Virus record (IMG/VR): IMGVR_UViG_2671180890_000004
DNA: 64,000 nucleotides
Source of the DNA: a virus
Taxonomy: Duplodnaviria; Heunggongvirae; Uroviricota; Caudoviricetes
Reading direction: 5' to 3' (one strand)
Each line of letters starts with the position of its first letter. Positions within the stretch are counted from its first letter, which is position 1. The notes beneath the pieces are model-generated. The model saw only the letters and a list, made by a program, of their open reading frames with translations. It did not search any database and had not been told where the DNA came from. Shown here one piece after another: positions 20,903-30,383 of this stretch. A program made the position numbers and the translations under genes.

Positions 20903-20904
20903 TA

Positions 20905-21795
20905 TTAACGAATAGTGTCGTTACTTTGAAGTACAGCAAATGCCATTAATACTTCTAAAGTATATCTTCTATAAAATTTAACAAAACCAACATAGAAAAC
21001 ATAGACGAAGAAAAAGCTAAGCATTATTGAAAGTAAACTATAAAGATAATCACTATGAGTACATAATCGATAAATAAAGGTTGGAACTGATACCCAAAAT
21101 GAAATTATAAAGATTAAACATATGTTTCTGCAAAAACCATATAATGCAACATAGTTTTGAATTTTTGTTTGATGTTGTTTTGAAAACTCATAAACATAAT
21201 GATATGCCAATCTGAAGAGATCATCATCAAGTCCGTTTTTATCTTGTAATAATTGGCGATTTGTTATGAACTTTTTCTCATAACCTTCTTTGATCATTAA
21301 CCATGTTGTATTAGCTAAATGAAATGGTAGAGATTGAGAATAACATAGTTTTTGTGTTATAAAATCCCATAGTATTATTGGACATAATACGCATTTGATT
21401 ATGCGATTCTTTATTTTTGTTTTTTTATCAGCGCTTCTCTCATCGCATGATGGGCTACAAATGCTTTCTGAGGTATCTATCAATTTTTTAAATAGATATT
21501 TGGAAGGATATCCTAATTCTTTATTCATGTATTTTTCGATAAAAAATGCTGACGTGATAGAAATAAAATGTCCAGCTATATAAGATATAATAACTATTGA
21601 AGCGTAGTTCAAAATGCCAAAGATTTGACTTTGACCTCTGAGCAATTCACTTAAGTCAATAACAATATCTAGATCGAATGTCAAACCACAGAAATACATT
21701 AATAGGATGAAAAAACCACCTGGTATTAAATATCCAAGAAAGTCATAGAATGAGAATGGATTTTGATTCATTGTTGCTCTCCAATAATTTTTCAA
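20905..21795 (-). CDS. polytopic membrane protein (296 aa), AT-rich cargo
   Basis: Very AT-rich codon usage; several predicted TM helices; immediately upstream of xis in the leftward operon. Confidence 0.5.
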   Translation of the reverse strand: MKNYWRATMNQNPFSFYDFLGYLIPGGFFILLMYFCGLTFDLDIVIDLSELLRGQSQIFGILNYASIVIISYIAGHFISITSAFFIEKYMNKELGYPSKYLFKKLIDTSESICSPSCDERSADKKTKIKNRIIKCVLCPIILWDFITQKLCYSQSLPFHLANTTWLMIKEGYEKKFITNRQLLQDKNGLDDDLFRLAYHYVYEFSKQHQTKIQNYVALYGFCRNICLIFIISFWVSVPTFIYRLCTHSDYLYSLLSIMLSFFFVYVFYVGFVKFYRRYTLEVLMAFAVLQSNDTIR

Positions 21796-21879
21796 TTTGT
21801 AATATAACCTATATCTATATGTTAATAAATTACTTATATGTTCTTTTATGGCAGAGTTTGAATTCGTACGTGCTGATTT

Positions 21880-22431
21880 TTACGACTCAGTTAACTCTTT
21901 AAAGCGTTCCATAAACATCCCATAGGTATGGCCTGGCGACAGTGGAATAACTTTGAACATCTCTGTTGCCGGGATACCTTCCAGTACGGGCCAGAAAGAG
22001 CCATCATCAAGCCCGAGATCGCGGCGTTCGGTTGCCAGCATGATGAGATCGGCATATTTCACGGGCGTACTCATAACCGGGGGTAACCCGTATTTCTCAC
22101 GGATTACGGCGTCTATTTTTTCTTCCATCCGTTTATAGTCAGGAAGAAGGCGTTTCAGTGGCGCCGGGATGTCCTGGCAATACGCTTCTGTTGCATCATG
22201 CATTAACGCTTCAAAAGCAAATTCCTGCGGTACCAGTTGGCTGCAAAGCACCGCATGTTGGGCGACGCTGTAGAAATGTGAAAGATGTCCTGCAAAGCGA
22301 CAGATATTTGAAAGAGAAACCGCGATATCGTTAATAACGATGTCGTCTTTATTTATCCTGTCATAATAAAAATGCTTCCCGGAAAAAGTTTTAATAAATG
22401 ACATTTTGTTCTCCACGTATATGCGCTGCAC
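21880..22431 (-). CDS. HD-domain phosphohydrolase (YfbR/YfdR-like 5'-deoxynucleotidase family)
   Basis: H...HD motif (RFAGHLSH...ALMHDATEAY). Confidence 0.55.
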   Translation of the reverse strand: MQRIYVENKMSFIKTFSGKHFYYDRINKDDIVINDIAVSLSNICRFAGHLSHFYSVAQHAVLCSQLVPQEFAFEALMHDATEAYCQDIPAPLKRLLPDYKRMEEKIDAVIREKYGLPPVMSTPVKYADLIMLATERRDLGLDDGSFWPVLEGIPATEMFKVIPLSPGHTYGMFMERFKELTES

Positions 22432-22531
22432 CGCGCTGAATTCTGGTAAAAGAAAGCCCTCACCATCCGGCGATTATTGAGTCAATTACGTTTCCATAAA
22501 TGCCCCCGCAGGGGCATTTGCAGTAATGAAA

Positions 22532-23356
22532 TCAGGCGGTAAAAGTACCAATAAAGGTTTCTACTTTGCTGTCCTTGAATTTCTCAACAAGCAGATCACG
22601 AAATTCGTTAGCCATTTCTTCCTGCACTGCTTCCAGCTGAATAATGCGCAGAACCAGTACAGGACGATCGCCAGTGATAATGCTGAGGCGTAATTTAAAC
22701 GGACGTTCTTTCAGGCCTTCAAACGGAACGCATTTAAATTCAAATGTCACTGGCATAATATCTTTGGTCTTCGCTTCGACAGACTCCATCAGGGAGCGTT
22801 TGCCGCTGAAGTCATTGTCTTCAAAATCAGCGGTCTGGTTTGCTTCAATCGTGATTTTACGGACTGCCGCAGCCGCTTTTGTTGCCTGAATGACATCACC
22901 ATTAGCATCAAAGCCCACAAGGTAGTCGGCCCAGTCTTCAATCCATTCTGCCAGTGACTTCTGGGAGTTACGCTCGCCGTTAACAGACAACAGAGCAGAG
23001 AACGGTGCTGTCTTTTTCAGTTTGAGAGTGGCGGTGTTATCTGCGTGACCAGGCTCATCAATAGTACCCAGGTTAAGCACACTGACGGCACGCATATTAT
23101 CGGCATCGATAAAGCAGCGGGTGCCTTCATCCGCAAGATCTTTAGAATAACGGGTAAAGTCATCGATGCTGGCAGTGGAAAGCGCACCACGGAAACGGAA
23201 GCGATTTAAATTAAATTTTTCCAGATCATGAATGCGGAAATTTTCAGGTAATGCCACTGCGTCGGCACCAATCTTACTGATAATTTCATTAACACCCTGA
23301 GCAGAAATAAGGGCATGGATTTGATTAATTGCGGTTGCGTCTAAGTTCTGAGACAT
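22532..23356 (-). CDS. hypothetical early-left protein (274 aa)
   Basis: ORF only; tentative recollection of YfdQ-like prophage proteins, unverified. Confidence 0.45.
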   Translation of the reverse strand: MSQNLDATAINQIHALISAQGVNEIISKIGADAVALPENFRIHDLEKFNLNRFRFRGALSTASIDDFTRYSKDLADEGTRCFIDADNMRAVSVLNLGTIDEPGHADNTATLKLKKTAPFSALLSVNGERNSQKSLAEWIEDWADYLVGFDANGDVIQATKAAAAVRKITIEANQTADFEDNDFSGKRSLMESVEAKTKDIMPVTFEFKCVPFEGLKERPFKLRLSIITGDRPVLVLRIIQLEAVQEEMANEFRDLLVEKFKDSKVETFIGTFTA

Positions 23357-23421
23357 AATAAGTCCTCACTATATAAAGATATTCAGTGATGAGATAAATA
23401 ATCAGTTAATTAAGAACGATA

Positions 23422-23784
23422 TTAATGACCTGCTGCGCGGAGTTTTCCGTCAGGTTCACCGGCAAGAGTCAGTAATTGTCCCTGGTCTTCCTGCAGAATA
23501 GTCAGGCGACCACCGCGATTGACATACATCGGCGTTTCGGTGGTGTCTTCTTCGGAAATTTTCCCGCGGTTAGTCGGACGAACATATGAGAGTTTGTGTT
23601 TTATTTTCACACGGTTCTCATCAAACGGTTCGATTTCCAGGTTGAGCGAGACCTTACCTTTGGTTTTCGTGTTCATCACACCGGAAGCGACTTCACTGAG
23701 AACTGCGCCGATTTTGGTTTCAAATACGCCGCCGTCCAGCTCCCCGATAAATTCCTGCACGTTGGTACTGCGTTCGCTAGCCAT
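23422..23784 (-). CDS. hypothetical protein (120 aa)
   Basis: Start at MASERSTN with AGGAG RBS 8 nt upstream. Confidence 0.45.
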   Translation of the reverse strand: MASERSTNVQEFIGELDGGVFETKIGAVLSEVASGVMNTKTKGKVSLNLEIEPFDENRVKIKHKLSYVRPTNRGKISEEDTTETPMYVNRGGRLTILQEDQGQLLTLAGEPDGKLRAAGH

Positions 23785-24384
23785 TTTGCTGCTCCTCATC
23801 ATATCGACCCTGCAAGGCCGATTAGTTTCTCCACAAAACAGAGAAGAACACCTGCGGTGGCAGCCGCCCCGGTGGATTGGGTTATGAGCCCGTCGTCCGG
23901 TGATGCTCTTCTCTGTTTTGTAAAAAGAGCGGTACCAGCCGGAAGCAAGGGTAGAAGCTGGTACCGCCAGGACTACACACAGCATAAAGTTGTGGTGCCG
24001 GGTGCCTCCCGGTGCCTGGCGAAGGTTGCACACCAGGCGGGTGGGTATCCACAGAAGGTCGACTGTCAGCCTCAACCTTAACCCGCGTGCGCTGAGCCGC
24101 ATTCACCACAACGCTAAGGATTCTCTCAGGTTGAAAATACTTAGCTGTTATGTGCCTGTCTTTTCACCACTTCAGGCTCGGTGGTATCCTTTTAAGCCCG
24201 TATACATAAAAGGAAAATCAAATGACTTTTGATGAAAAAGAACTTGATAATGCAATTAATAAAATCATCGTAACGTCGCTCTTTTCCTGTCTCAGCGACA
24301 CTCAGCAAAAACAGTTCTACGAATCGGCTTTCAACATGATCGAGCGTTGTTGTTTCTGCGATGCCGACGAGTTACCTGAAAAAA

Positions 24385-24681
24385 TCAGGAAACAGTTGGC
24401 TGATGCTCTTCGAGTGCGACTTTCTGACCAATTTTCTGAAATGTGCTCTCCGAATTTGGACAAATAGAAAAAGGCCATTTCCATTCAGGGTCTGATGGAA
24501 ATACTTCAGCCTGTTCCAAAGCACGGCGTAAAGAGAACACAACTCCAGCCATAATCTGATGTTTCCCATTGGTCCAGCTATCGCCGCTCTGATCTACAGG
24601 GGCGGCTATGTCGTATGACCAAACGACTTCACAGTTATTGTTTAAAATCTGGACTTTCATTTCATACACCTGCTTTAACAT
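24385..24681 (-). CDS. small hypothetical protein (possible first gene of leftward early operon)
   Basis: ORF only; overlaps a plus-strand ORF (24222..24467), so one of the two is probably spurious. Confidence 0.3.
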   Translation of the reverse strand: MLKQVYEMKVQILNNNCEVVWSYDIAAPVDQSGDSWTNGKHQIMAGVVFSLRRALEQAEVFPSDPEWKWPFSICPNSESTFQKIGQKVALEEHQPTVS

Positions 24682-24817
24682 GAGTGCCTAGTGGCACAAC
24701 ATGACTCAACGAATCATCCTGGACTTCATATGCCCCAGGCGGCTACTTCGTGGGCGTCCTGCCTGTTCGTTGTTTCGCTTAGGTACATTATGTATCTCAA
24801 GGGTACATTGTCAAGTA

Positions 24818-24840
24818 TAAAAAAACCTGCCGAAGCAGGT
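24818..24840 (-). terminator. rho-independent terminator after the repressor gene
   Basis: Stem ACCTGC / GCAGGT with the U-tract on the minus strand. Confidence 0.5.
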
Positions 24841-24853
24841 TCATAAACATTGA

Positions 24854-25528
24854 TTAGGCTTTGATTTTGTATCTTCTTGGTTTTCCTGAGAAAATCACTG
24901 TACCAATTATAGAGCAATTACCGTTGATCTTAATGTAAGGCTCAGGCCAGTTTGGGTTTAACGCTTTGAGATAACGCTGTGTCCCATCTTCTATCAACCT
25001 TTTGAAGGTGGTTTCACCTGTATCGTGCATCAATGCAATAACGTCGTCACCGTGGCAGGCAGGTACTTCAGGATCGACAAAAATCATGTCTCCCGGGCGG
25101 TACTCATCAATCATTGAATCACCTATCACCCGCAAGATATAAGTCATTTCCCCACAGGGTACAGGGCAGGGATACGTTTCTGCTGTGCTCAAATCAACCT
25201 CAGAATATCCAACTTCTTTCCATGCTCCGGCCTGTACCCATGATATGACAGGGACTAATGTGATTTGTTTATTAGTGATTGAAACATCAGGTTTTTTTGT
25301 GATGTTCGTTGTCTGGTGTTCTTGATCGAGCCATCCGACAGGCAGGTCGAAACATTTTTCGATGTGTCGTGCCATGCTGTCACCGATATTTTTAGTAGCA
25401 CCATCTCCCATAAATCTGCTGGTCTGGGTTGGCTCGCGATCAATCATAGTGGCAAAGGAAGAATTCCCGCCAACACCATCTCTCAGTTTTCTGGCGTTAG
25501 ACCGCCGGATGTCATGGATTGTTTTCAT
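24854..25528 (-). CDS. cI: CI-like repressor (HTH + S24 LexA-like peptidase)
   Basis: C-terminal S24 motif VIGDSM and a Lys-containing partner region; divergent from the cro-like gene. Confidence 0.8.
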   Translation of the reverse strand: MKTIHDIRRSNARKLRDGVGGNSSFATMIDREPTQTSRFMGDGATKNIGDSMARHIEKCFDLPVGWLDQEHQTTNITKKPDVSITNKQITLVPVISWVQAGAWKEVGYSEVDLSTAETYPCPVPCGEMTYILRVIGDSMIDEYRPGDMIFVDPEVPACHGDDVIALMHDTGETTFKRLIEDGTQRYLKALNPNWPEPYIKINGNCSIIGTVIFSGKPRRYKIKA

Positions 25529-25543
25529 AACGAAATTAAAACC

Positions 25544-25564
25544 CTTGTACCGTTAAGGTACAAG
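25544..25564. promoter_or_regulatory. operator-like perfect palindrome in the cI-cro intergenic region
   Basis: CTTGTACC-gttaa-GGTACAAG; a second palindrome AATATGTA-n9-TACATATT at 25592-25616 overlaps the cro RBS. Confidence 0.45.
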
Positions 25565-25618
25565 TATCTTGAAGGTTCATTTCAATCATGTAATATGTAT
25601 ACCGGAGGTACATATTGT

Positions 25619-25819
25619 ATGAAAGCGTATTGGGACTCTTTAACCAAAGAACAGCAGGGCGAGTTGGCCGGAAAAGTTGGCTCAACACCTGGCTACTTAC
25701 GGCTGGTTTTCAATGGCTATAAAAAAGCCAGTTTTGTGCTGGCTAAAAAACTTGAGCAATGCACGTCAGGTGCAATTACGAAATCTGACTTAAGACCGGA
25801 TATCTATCCGAAAGATTAG
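25619..25819 (+). CDS. cro: Cro-like HTH regulator
   Basis: 66-aa ORF with GGAGG RBS, divergent from the repressor. Confidence 0.65.
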   Translation: MKAYWDSLTKEQQGELAGKVGSTPGYLRLVFNGYKKASFVLAKKLEQCTSGAITKSDLRPDIYPKD

Positions 25820-25850
25820 CAGAACACTTTCAATTTTTAACCACAGAACG

Positions 25851-26414
25851 ATGAGGCTAATCGTGGGTAAGCATCACTGGAAAATAGAAAAACAGCCTGA
25901 GTGGTACGTGAAAGCTGTCAGAAAAACTATCGCGGCGTTGCCGGGGGGTTACGCTGAAGCGGCTGACTGGCTCGATGTAACAGAAAACGCTTTATTCAAC
26001 CGCCTTCGTGCAGATGGCGATCAGATTTTCCCGCTGGGATGGGCAATGGTTTTACAGCGTGCTGGTGGCACTCACTTCATTGCTGATGCTGTGGCGCAGT
26101 CTGCAAATGGCGTCTTTGTGTCTCTTCCTGACGTCGAGGATGTGGACAACGCCGATATCAACCAGCGCCTGCTGGAAGTCATTGAACAGATTGGCAGTTA
26201 TTCCAGACAGATTCGTTCAGCAATCGAAGACGGTGTAGTGGAACCGCATGAGAAGACAGCAATTAACGACGAGCTGTATCTCTCAATTTCGAAGCTGCAG
26301 GAGCATGCAGCACTGGTCTACAAAATCTTTTGCATTTCAGAAAGTAATGACGCCCGCGAGTGTGCAGCTCCGGGCGCCGTGGCGTGTCGTGACTGTGGAG
26401 AAACTAACGCATGA
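25851..26414 (+). CDS. hypothetical early regulator (187 aa)
   Basis: Position equivalent to cII/YdaT-like genes; no firm motif. Confidence 0.4.
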   Translation: MRLIVGKHHWKIEKQPEWYVKAVRKTIAALPGGYAEAADWLDVTENALFNRLRADGDQIFPLGWAMVLQRAGGTHFIADAVAQSANGVFVSLPDVEDVDNADINQRLLEVIEQIGSYSRQIRSAIEDGVVEPHEKTAINDELYLSISKLQEHAALVYKIFCISESNDARECAAPGAVACRDCGETNA

Positions 26415-26769
26415 ACAGTTTAACAACACACTACCGTCGCTCGCAACTGATTGCGCTTCCTGTACCGGGTGGAAAAGCGAAGATGGAGTATTGCTATGCA
26501 GTTAATGTACCAGGTGACAGGGAAATTGTAACCCACAGCTTTGCTGAGTGGGCTGTGGGTGATTTCAACCGGCAGAAGGAGACAGTCCTTTGCGAGAAGT
26601 TAACCGCTGGTTCAAAGATCACTACGGAGTGCCCGTCAGAGTCATTCGTTGGGAGCCGGAAACACAACGGGTTATCTACCTCCGCGAAGGCTATGAGCAT
26701 GAGTGCTTCAGCCCGCTCGAACAGTTTCGTCGTAAATTCAGGGAAATAGAGGTCGGTCATGAGCACTAA
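26411..26769 (+). pseudogene. hypothetical gene with apparent frameshift
   Basis: Protein-like translation switches from frame 2 (26411-~26600) to frame 1 (~26590-26769); the annotated frame-2 tail is low-complexity. Confidence 0.3.
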
Positions 26770-27700
26770 ATTAACCGGCTATGTATGGGATGGTTGCGCA
26801 GCGTCAGGCATGAAATTATCCAGCGTGGCAATTATGGCCCGCCTGGCTGATTTCAGTAATGACGAAGGTGTGTGCTGGCCATCAATTGAAACCATTGCCC
26901 GCCAGATTGGCGCGGGGATGAGTACCGTCAGAACGGCTATCGCACGGCTGGAAGCAGAAGGCTGGCTAACGCGTAAGGCGCGTCGCCAGGGTAACCGCAA
27001 TGCGTCGAATGTTTATCAGCTTAACGTTGCGAAGCTTCAGGCAGCGGCATTTTCTCAACTGTCAGATTCTGACCCGTCAAAATCTGACGCATCAAAATCT
27101 GACCCGTCAAAATTTGATGCGTCGAAATCTGGTAAAAAAGCGGGTTTTCACCCGTCAGAATCTGGCGGGGATCCGTCAGTAAAATCAAAACATGATCCGT
27201 CAGATAAAAAACCTTCTCGTCCGGACGCTTCGCAACCGGACACGCAGACGGCTGAACAGGATTTTTTAACTCGCCATCCTGATGCGGTTGTATTCAGCCC
27301 TAAAAAGCGCCAGTGGGGGACGCAGGATGATTTGACCTGCGCACAGTGGCTCTGGAAAAAAATCATCGCCCTGTACGAGCAGGCTGCCGAATGTGACGGC
27401 GAGGTGGTTCGTCCCAAAGAACCGAACTGGACAGCCTGGGCAAACGAAATTCGCCTGATGTGTGTGCAGGATGGTCGTACTCACAAACAAATCTGCGAGA
27501 TGTACAGCCGCGTCAGCCGCGATCCGTTCTGGTGCCGTAACGTGCTCAGCCCGTCGAAGCTGCGGGAAAAATGGGATGAGCTTTCCCTGCGCTTATCGCC
27601 GTCCGTAAGCACGTACACCGAAAAACGCGAAGACCCGTACTTCAAATCCAGTTACGACAACGTGGACTACAGCCAGATCCCGGCAGGATTCAGGGGGTGA
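26759..27700 (+). CDS. replication initiation protein (lambda O-like), contains ori iterons
   Basis: N-terminal HTH region (SVAIMARLADFSNDEGVCWPSIETIARQIG) and internal iterons coding a DxSKSD repeat. Confidence 0.75.
   Translation: MSTKLTGYVWDGCAASGMKLSSVAIMARLADFSNDEGVCWPSIETIARQIGAGMSTVRTAIARLEAEGWLTRKARRQGNRNASNVYQLNVAKLQAAAFSQLSDSDPSKSDASKSDPSKFDASKSGKKAGFHPSESGGDPSVKSKHDPSDKKPSRPDASQPDTQTAEQDFLTRHPDAVVFSPKKRQWGTQDDLTCAQWLWKKIIALYEQAAECDGEVVRPKEPNWTAWANEIRLMCVQDGRTHKQICEMYSRVSRDPFWCRNVLSPSKLREKWDELSLRLSPSVSTYTEKREDPYFKSSYDNVDYSQIPAGFRG
27062..27133. repeat. origin iterons (four to five ~15-bp direct repeats, CGTCAAAATCTGACG-like) followed by an A-rich tract
   Basis: Directly visible tandem units at 27074, 27090, 27104 and 27120. 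Confidence 0.7.
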
Positions 27701-28191
27701 TCATGAGTCTGTTAAATGACGTTCAGAAATTCATTGAAGCCCATCCGGGGTGTACTTCCGGAGACATTGCGGATGCTTTTGCAGGTTACTCACGGCAGCG
27801 CGTTCTGCAGTCTGCAAGCAAGTTACGTCAGAGTGGGCGTGTGGCTCACCGTTGTGAAGGAGATACACGCAGACATTTTCCGCGCCTGACTGAGAGAGCG
27901 CAGGAACCGGAACCACAACCAGTTCGAGAAACCAGATCTGTGCGCAATTTCTATGTCGGCACTAACGATCCTCGGGTGATTTTGTGCCTGACCCGCCAGG
28001 CGGAAGAACTGGAGTCCAGGGGCTTATACCGTCGTGCTGCAACCGTGTGGATGGCGGCATTCCGTGAAAGCCACTCCCAGCCAGAACGAAACAATTTTCT
28101 GGCGCGTCGTGAGCGGTGCTTACGGAAAAGCAGCAAGCGCGCTGCATCGGGTGAAGAGTGGTATCTGTCAGGGAATTACGTGGGGGCTTAA
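27697..28191 (+). CDS. hypothetical protein (164 aa)
   Basis: ORF coupled to the O-like gene. Confidence 0.4.
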   Translation: MIMSLLNDVQKFIEAHPGCTSGDIADAFAGYSRQRVLQSASKLRQSGRVAHRCEGDTRRHFPRLTERAQEPEPQPVRETRSVRNFYVGTNDPRVILCLTRQAEELESRGLYRRAATVWMAAFRESHSQPERNNFLARRERCLRKSSKRAASGEEWYLSGNYVGA

Positions 28192-28844
28192 TGAGTAATA
28201 AATATTGCCAGGCGCTGGTGGAACTGCGGAACAAACCAGCCCATGAACTGAAGGAAGTGGGCGATCAGTGGCGCACGCCGGACAACATTTTCTGGGGAAT
28301 TAACACCCTGTTTGGCCCGTTTGTTCTGGATCTGTTTACTGACGGTGATAACGCCAAATGTGCCGCGTATTACACGGCGGAAGATAACGCGCTGGCGCAT
28401 GACTGGTCAGAACGTCTTGCGGAGCTTAAAGGTGCTGCCTTTGGTAATCCCCCATACAGCCGCGCCAGTCAGCATGAGGGGCAATACATCACCGGCATGC
28501 GTTACATCATGAAACATGCCAGTGCCATGCGTGATAAGGGCGGGCGCTATGTTTTCCTGATCAAAGCGGCCACCAGCGAAGTGTGGTGGCCGGAAGATGC
28601 AGATCATATTGCTTTTATTCGCGGGCGTATTGGTTTTGAACTGCCTGCCTGGTTTATACCGAAGGACGAGAAGCAGGTGCCGACAGGCGCTTTCTTCGCT
28701 GGTGCTATTGCTGTTTTCGACAAGACCTGGAAGGGACCGGCAATCAGCTACATCGGGCGTGATGAACTTGAGGCATGTGGTGAGGCGTTTCTGGCGCAGG
28801 TTCGCCAGCAGGCGGAAAAACTGGTCAGGGAGATGGCGGCATGA
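28191..28844 (+). CDS. phage N6-adenine DNA methyltransferase
   Basis: NPPY catalytic motif (GNPPYS); start at MSNKYCQ. Confidence 0.7.
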   Translation: MSNKYCQALVELRNKPAHELKEVGDQWRTPDNIFWGINTLFGPFVLDLFTDGDNAKCAAYYTAEDNALAHDWSERLAELKGAAFGNPPYSRASQHEGQYITGMRYIMKHASAMRDKGGRYVFLIKAATSEVWWPEDADHIAFIRGRIGFELPAWFIPKDEKQVPTGAFFAGAIAVFDKTWKGPAISYIGRDELEACGEAFLAQVRQQAEKLVREMAA

Positions 28845-29167
28845 CGACGTTAACTCAATGCCAGCAGCAGGTGCTGGATATGCTGATTTCTTACCAGAAA
28901 GAACGTGGCTTCCCGCCAACCAATCAGGAGGTGGCAACCATGCTGGGATACCGTTCAGTGAATGCAGCGGTGGAACATCTTCGCGCACTGGAGAAAAAAG
29001 GCGTCATCACGATAAAGCGTGGCGTGGCCCGGGGTATCACTCTTCATACCGCGGTGAAGGACGACGACAGCGAGGCGGTCGGGATTATCCGCTCACTGCT
29101 TGCCGGTGAGGAAAACGCCAGGCTGCGTGCAACCCACTGGTTACATGAGAGAGGCCTGAAAGTATGA
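28841..29167 (+). CDS. LexA-N-terminal-like winged-helix DNA-binding protein
   Basis: LTQCQQQVLDMLISYQKERGFPPTNQEVATMLGYRSVNAAVEHLRALEKKG resembles the LexA DNA-binding domain. Confidence 0.5.
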   Translation: MTTLTQCQQQVLDMLISYQKERGFPPTNQEVATMLGYRSVNAAVEHLRALEKKGVITIKRGVARGITLHTAVKDDDSEAVGIIRSLLAGEENARLRATHWLHERGLKV

Positions 29168-29553
29168 AGCTGATCCTGCCTTTCCCGCCCAGCGTGAACA
29201 CGTACTGGCGACACCCCAACAAAGGGGCGTTTGCAGGTAAGAGCCTGATAAGCGCGGCGGGGCGAAAATTCCAGAGCGCGGCGTGCGCAGCAATAGTTGA
29301 GCAGTTACGTCGTCTGCCGAAACCAACGTCGGCACCTGCTTCAGTGGAGATCGTGTTGTTTCCTCCGGATAACCGGATCCGCGATCTGGACAACTATAAC
29401 AAGGCGCTGTTTGACGCCCTGACCCACGCGGGTGTGTGGGAAGACGACAGTCAGGTGAAAAGAATGCTGGTGGAGTGGGGACCGGTTATCCCGGAAGGGA
29501 AGGTCGAGATCACTATCAGTAAGTACGAGAAAACGGCGGGTGCAGCCGCCTGA
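29164..29553 (+). CDS. rusA: Holliday-junction resolvase RusA
   Basis: RusA-like pattern including RDLDNYNKALFDALT. Confidence 0.8.
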   Translation: MKLILPFPPSVNTYWRHPNKGAFAGKSLISAAGRKFQSAACAAIVEQLRRLPKPTSAPASVEIVLFPPDNRIRDLDNYNKALFDALTHAGVWEDDSQVKRMLVEWGPVIPEGKVEITISKYEKTAGAAA

Positions 29554-29572
29554 TTAAGAGGAGAAACGAAGT

Positions 29573-30382
29573 ATGAATAATCTGATGGTCATTGATGGTA
29601 TTGAAGTTCGTCGTGATGCTTATGGGCGTTACAGCCTGAACGATCTGCATCGCGCTGCAGTAGCATCTGGTGCAAATGCCAGAACCAAGGAGCCGGGAAA
29701 GTTTCTTTCCAGCCAACAAACTGTTGAGCTTGTTCATGAATTGACCAACACCCAGAATTTGGGTGTTGACCCGGTGAGTGTGATTCATGGGGGAAATGAA
29801 CGGGGAACGTATGTCTGCAAGGAACTGGTGTATGCCTATGCAATGTGGATCAGCCCGTCATTCCATCTGAAGGTGATCCGTACTTTCGATATGGTAACCA
29901 GCGCACCGGAAAAATTATCCGGACAGGCTGCTGACAAGATGCAGGCTGGCGTGATCCTGCTGGACTTTATGCGCCGGGAGTTAAACCTGTCTAACTCTTC
30001 AGTGCTTGGTGCCTGTCAGAAACTCCAGGAGGCTGTTGGCTTACCGAATCTGGCACCGCGCTATGCCATTGATGCTCCTGCTGACGCGCCTGATGGCTCA
30101 AGCCGCCCCACGCTATCATTGAGTGCACTGCTGAAGCAGTATGGTATCCGCCTGACAGCTAATCAGGCATATCACCAGATGGCGAAGCTGGGGATCGTTG
30201 AACAACGTGAACGATACAGCCGCACTGCGATTAACAACATCAAAAAATTCTGGTCGCTGACGGCGAAAGGCTGCATGTTCGGCAAGAACATCACCAGTCC
30301 CGCAAATCCGCGCGAGACGCAGCCGCATTTCTTCGAATCCCGATTCCCTGAGCTGTTAAAGCTGCTCGATACCGTTCATTGA
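29573..30382 (+). CDS. KilA-N domain protein
   Basis: N-terminal KilA-N-like region (VIDGIEVRRDAYGRYSLNDLHRA). Confidence 0.55.
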   Translation: MNNLMVIDGIEVRRDAYGRYSLNDLHRAAVASGANARTKEPGKFLSSQQTVELVHELTNTQNLGVDPVSVIHGGNERGTYVCKELVYAYAMWISPSFHLKVIRTFDMVTSAPEKLSGQAADKMQAGVILLDFMRRELNLSNSSVLGACQKLQEAVGLPNLAPRYAIDAPADAPDGSSRPTLSLSALLKQYGIRLTANQAYHQMAKLGIVEQRERYSRTAINNIKKFWSLTAKGCMFGKNITSPANPRETQPHFFESRFPELLKLLDTVH

Positions 30383-30383
30383 G

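Noticed and set aside
23800-24220. Possible retron ncRNA (msr/msd) suggested by nested inverted repeats
   Set aside because: No reverse-transcriptase-like ORF anywhere nearby; kept only as a generic structured non-coding candidate.
24222-24467. Plus-strand 81-aa ORF
   Set aside because: Overlaps a convergent minus-strand ORF by ~80 nt and lies against the direction of the leftward operon; cannot decide which is real, so it is not listed as a feature.
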